Assembly (NCBI GenBank): GCA_963770835.1
Contig: CAVYRH010000004.1
Location: 448,001 to 512,000 of the forward strand
DNA length: 64,000 bases
Direction: 5' to 3'
Source of the DNA: an uncultured Pseudomonadota bacterium
GTDB lineage: Bacteria; Oederibacteriota; Muellerivitia; Muellerivitales; Muellerivitaceae
In this document: piece by piece, positions 60,469 to 64,000 of the stretch
Layout of the letters: each line of letters opens with the position of its first letter
Position numbering within the stretch: position 1 is the first letter of the stretch
Program-made: the position numbers and the translations under genes
The notes under the pieces: generated by a model
Told to the model about the DNA's origin: nothing
The model's input: only the letters and a program-made list of their open reading frames with translations
The model's database searches: none

Positions 60469-61452
60469 ATGAAACACGCGCGTTTAGCCGTTGCTGTATT
60501 GTTCCTTCTCCTCGGCTTGGCAGGATCTTCATCGGCCCAGGACCAAGCCACGCCGTACTACACAGCCGGAAACCAGTTTTACTCCCAGCAGAATTACGAC
60601 AAGGCCATTAGTTATTACCAATACGCGGCAAAGCTGAACCCCAATTTGTGGCAGGCCTACCAGGGATTGGGGAACTCCTATTACGCCAAGGGGGACAAAG
60701 CCAATGCCCTCACCAACTACCAGAAGGCCCTCGCCATCAATCCCAATAATCCCCAGCTGTCCTCTTTCACCCAAAGCCTGCAGGCCCAAGTGGGTTCGGC
60801 ACCTCCGGCCCTGCCCAACAACAGCTCAGCGGCTTCCAGCGGAGCCAACCCCGTGGTTTATTCCCCAACGGCCCAAAACAAGTTCTAAGTGGATGTCAAC
60901 GCGGGTTTGGCGTTGTACAGCTCGCAGATCGGCTTCGGGGGGGGCTTGAGCGGTTATCTCCCGTTGGATAAGCACTTTTTCTTGGGAGCCAGCGCGGGTT
61001 TTTATACGATTAGTGAGGGCGAATCCGGGACGGTTTCCGGCGAGGGCTCTACCGTAACCGCCAGCGCCAGTTCAACCGTCGATTTCATCGAGGTCTTGGC
61101 GCGGGCCAAATATGTCCTCGACGGAGAAGGTATGAAACCTTACTTTTTTGGCGGAGCCGGTATCGTAGTTGCTTCCACTTCCTACTCATATTCCGCCAGC
61201 GAAGGAAACCAATCGCAGGGGGGAGGCGGTTCCGGAGGGTCCACAACCGATCCTGTGGTGGCCCTTGGCGGGGGCTTGGCTTTTTCCGGCGGCAAAGATA
61301 TGGACTTCACTGTCCAGTTAAAGGAAGACATCATTTTCATTCCGAGTCAAACCGTTTCAGAAACCGTGGATGGAGTAACGGAGTCGGTATCCGCCGGCGG
61401 CGGGACGGACAGCTTTACGGCGCTAGAAGGTGGAATCGACTTTAATCTCTAA
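60469..61452 (+). pseudogene. TPR + outer-membrane beta-barrel fusion interrupted by an in-frame TAA at 60886-60888
   Basis: Signal peptide + TPR, then the same frame continues after the stop as a barrel ending 'GGIDFNL' with no separate RBS or signal peptide. Confidence 0.7.
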
Positions 61453-61476
61453 CAAGGGTAGTTTTTCCAACTTCCA

Positions 61477-61509
61477 AAGCCCCGTCGCCTCGAGCAGACG
61501 GGGCTTTTT
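61477..61509 (+). terminator. Rho-independent terminator
   Basis: AAAGCCCCGTC...GACGGGGCTTTTT. Confidence 0.7.
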
Positions 61510-61711
61510 GTTGATTGGTTTAGATCACTTGTCTTGCCACGCGACCGCCCGTAAGATACTCCCTCATTTCACGAGCCCCTTACTCGAAAAGTTTTTACAA
61601 ATAACGAAAACTTTCCGGGCTAAGGGACCGGGTGTTATTGCCGTTATTTAAGCCATGAAACTTGAGAATGAGCCCTCTTTTGTTCCGGCTCATCCGGGTT
61701 AGGGAGCAAGG

Positions 61712-63142
61712 TTGAACCCTTTCAAAGAAAACAAAATCCTAAAATTCCTGGGCTCGGTCAAGCTGGCCCTGCCCATGATCCTCATCCTGGCGGCGCTCCT
61801 GGCCACCGGCACCATCGTCGAATCCCGGTTCTCCACGGCCGTGGCCAAACGTTTCGTTTACGGCACCTGGTGGTTCGGGGGCTTCCTAATGCTCCTGGCC
61901 GTCAACCTTTTCTGTTCGGCCTTTTCCCGTTTCCCCTGGAAAAAATACCAGACGGGCTTCGTGATCACCCACCTGGGCATCATCACCATCCTGGCGGGTT
62001 CCCTCGTCACCCAGCAGTGGGGGGATGACGGCCAGATCGCCCTGAAGGAGGGAGAGGAAGGCCATGTCTTCCAGGAGGAAAAGCCGACCCTTTATTACCA
62101 AATGAATGACGGCCCCATCAGCTCCCTGAACGCCTCCTTCCCGTTCCGCGTCCCCTCACCCGACCACCCCCTACTGGTCCACCTGGAAGGGGACGGCCTC
62201 CTGATGCTGGACCAGTTCTACCTGAACGCCCAAAGGACCGTCCGGGGGCGCAACGTGGAAAAGGGCGAGAAGGGGTTCCCGGCGGTCCACCTGCAGCTCG
62301 ACAGTTCCTTTGTGCACGAGGACCAATGGCTTTTCTTGGGAAGCCCGGATAATGGCCGCCTGGACTTGGGCCCCGCCTCGGTTTTCTTCGAGAGGGAAGG
62401 AGATTGGAAAAAGCGCCTGTCCAAGGTAGCCAGTGACATCCCCGAAAACGCCCTGGCGATCCTCTTGGCCCCCGACGGGAGCCTGAAATACCAGACGCGA
62501 TACCACGGACAATTCACCGGTTCCTCCCAGTCCCTTGCGCTGGGCCAGGACTATGCCACCGGATGGATGGACATGCAATTCAAGGCCCCGGAGCGGCTTT
62601 CGGAAGGCCTGCCGGAAGAAACTTTTGAGCCCCAGCCTCTCCCGTACCAGAAAGACCTCCAGCCCGCCCTTCATTACGAAGTGCTCCAGAATACGGTTAA
62701 AAAGGATGGCTGGCTGGGCTATCAATCCTCACCCGTTTCTTTTACCTTATCCCAGGGGCAGACTTTTGCCCTGGCTTACGGTCCCCGGCAGATCGATCTT
62801 CCCTTCATGGTCCACTTGGTCAAGTTCAAGGTCGGGTTCGACCCCGGCACGAATAAAGCCGCCTCCTACGCCAGCGACGTTTTTTACCTGGACCCCGCCA
62901 AGGGAATCCAGGCCCCGGCCCATATTTCCATGAACGAGCCGTTGCACTTTATGGGTTACACGGTCTACCAGGCCAGCTACGAGGCCGAACCGGACGGCAA
63001 ATATATCTCCGTCTTTTCCGTGGGGCGGGACCCGGGCATCTGGATAAAATACGGAGGGGCCATCGTGCTGGTCTTGGGGATTATTTTTATGTTTTGGTTC
63101 AAGAATCCGGCATGGAACAAGAGGGAAACAGATGGAACTTAA
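61712..63142 (+). CDS. resB: Cytochrome c biogenesis protein ResB/Ccs1
   Basis: 'FLGSVKLA', 'GFVITHLG', 'YASDV', 'ISMNEPL...GYTVYQASY', 'RDPG'. Confidence 0.85.
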   Translation: MNPFKENKILKFLGSVKLALPMILILAALLATGTIVESRFSTAVAKRFVYGTWWFGGFLMLLAVNLFCSAFSRFPWKKYQTGFVITHLGIITILAGSLVTQQWGDDGQIALKEGEEGHVFQEEKPTLYYQMNDGPISSLNASFPFRVPSPDHPLLVHLEGDGLLMLDQFYLNAQRTVRGRNVEKGEKGFPAVHLQLDSSFVHEDQWLFLGSPDNGRLDLGPASVFFEREGDWKKRLSKVASDIPENALAILLAPDGSLKYQTRYHGQFTGSSQSLALGQDYATGWMDMQFKAPERLSEGLPEETFEPQPLPYQKDLQPALHYEVLQNTVKKDGWLGYQSSPVSFTLSQGQTFALAYGPRQIDLPFMVHLVKFKVGFDPGTNKAASYASDVFYLDPAKGIQAPAHISMNEPLHFMGYTVYQASYEAEPDGKYISVFSVGRDPGIWIKYGGAIVLVLGIIFMFWFKNPAWNKRETDGT

Positions 63143-64000
63143 AAAACAAGAGACAATGGGCCACGGATACACACGGATGGACACGGATTTGAAAAAAACA
63201 TTTCAGAATCTGTTTATCCGTGTTTATCCGTGTTCATCCGTGGCAAAATTTTTCGTGTCGTTGGTTTTGTTTCTTTTTGCCTTTTGTGGTTCCGCCTTTG
63301 CCGGGGAGCTGGACTTCAAGACCCTTTCCCTCATCCCCATCCAAGAAGGGGGGCGCGTCAAGCCCCTGGACACTTTCGCCCGCGAAAGCGTGCGCTTCGT
63401 CACCGGACGCGAGAAGTATGATGGGAAGAACTCCCTTGATACGGTCCTTGACTGGGCCGCCCATCCCCAGGCCTGGGAAAACAAGGATTTCATCCTCATT
63501 GAAAACCTGGACCTTCGGTCGCTCCTGGGGGTTCCCGTGACCCAAACCAAGGTTTCAGCCCAATTTTTGGTGAACCACGAGGGCTTCATCGCCTATGCCA
63601 AGAGCAGTTACGCCAAACAGGATAAAAAAATCACCCTCGACCCCAAGGAAAAGGAAGCCTTGGCGGTTTTCGGCAGGCTCCAACGCTATGAGGACATCAA
63701 ATCGGGGGAAGCCCTGGCCCTGATCCCTGTGACCAATACCGCGACCCAAAAATGGGGGACCATCGGTGATTTGAACCGGGCCTACCACTTGACTAAAACC
63801 ACCATGCCCGATGCCGCCTTGGCGGTTTTGGAGTCCTTCGCCGGAATGCTGAGCGCCTACGACAAAGGGGATGCCGCCAAGTTCGACACCGAATCCCAGA
63901 ACCTTTCCCAAATCCTCGCCCAAATCGGCGGCAAGGATTATCCGGACCCCGGCAAGATGAAGATCGAGGCCCAGTTCAACGCCTTGAAACCCTTCCGCTC
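63132..64000 (+). CDS. ccsA: Cytochrome c biogenesis CcsA/ResC-type protein, N-terminal part (runs off the window)
   Basis: Open frame from ATG 63132: '...FAGELDFKTLSLIPIQEGGRVKPLDTFARE'; follows resB. Confidence 0.7.
   Translation, partial: MELKKQETMGHGYTRMDTDLKKTFQNLFIRVYPCSSVAKFFVSLVLFLFAFCGSAFAGELDFKTLSLIPIQEGGRVKPLDTFARESVRFVTGREKYDGKNSLDTVLDWAAHPQAWENKDFILIENLDLRSLLGVPVTQTKVSAQFLVNHEGFIAYAKSSYAKQDKKITLDPKEKEALAVFGRLQRYEDIKSGEALALIPVTNTATQKWGTIGDLNRAYHLTKTTMPDAALAVLESFAGMLSAYDKGDAAKFDTESQNLSQILAQIGGKDYPDPGKMKIEAQFNALKPFR
63160..63244. repeat. Inverted decamer-array element (CACGGAT ... ATCCGTG)
   Basis: GCCACGGAT ACACACGGAT GGACACGGAT ... ATCCGTG TTTATCCGTG TTCATCCGTG GC. Confidence 0.85.

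Noticed and set aside
60886..60888. Alternative genetic code with TAA reassigned
   Set aside because: TAA terminates many intact genes in this window

Overview
Window from a moderately GC-rich diderm bacterium (many beta-barrel OMPs, TonB receptor, lipoproteins; numerous Thr/Pro-stalked secreted proteins, two with FlgD-Ig/T9SS-like C-termini). It holds housekeeping genes (serS, ald, cls, livG/livF, resB/ccsA, two tRNA-Ser), carotenoid-modification genes, an ArsR-SRPBCC operon, an intact IS5-family element, two giant S53 protease-CBM3-like paralogs in an 11 kb block bounded by a 49-bp direct repeat, and a repeated OMP + NHL-lipoprotein module. The most striking unexplained structure is a set of about ten 'clamp' elements: 3-5 tandem 7-10-nt units followed by their reverse complement, located at gene junctions. 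One clamp encloses an AT-rich four-helix-bundle gene wedged between livG and livF; the others are empty or enclose small hairpins, and two run into coding frames. Several single-base lesions (including one in essential serS) suggest consensus sequencing errors. All calls are by eye; no database searches were run.
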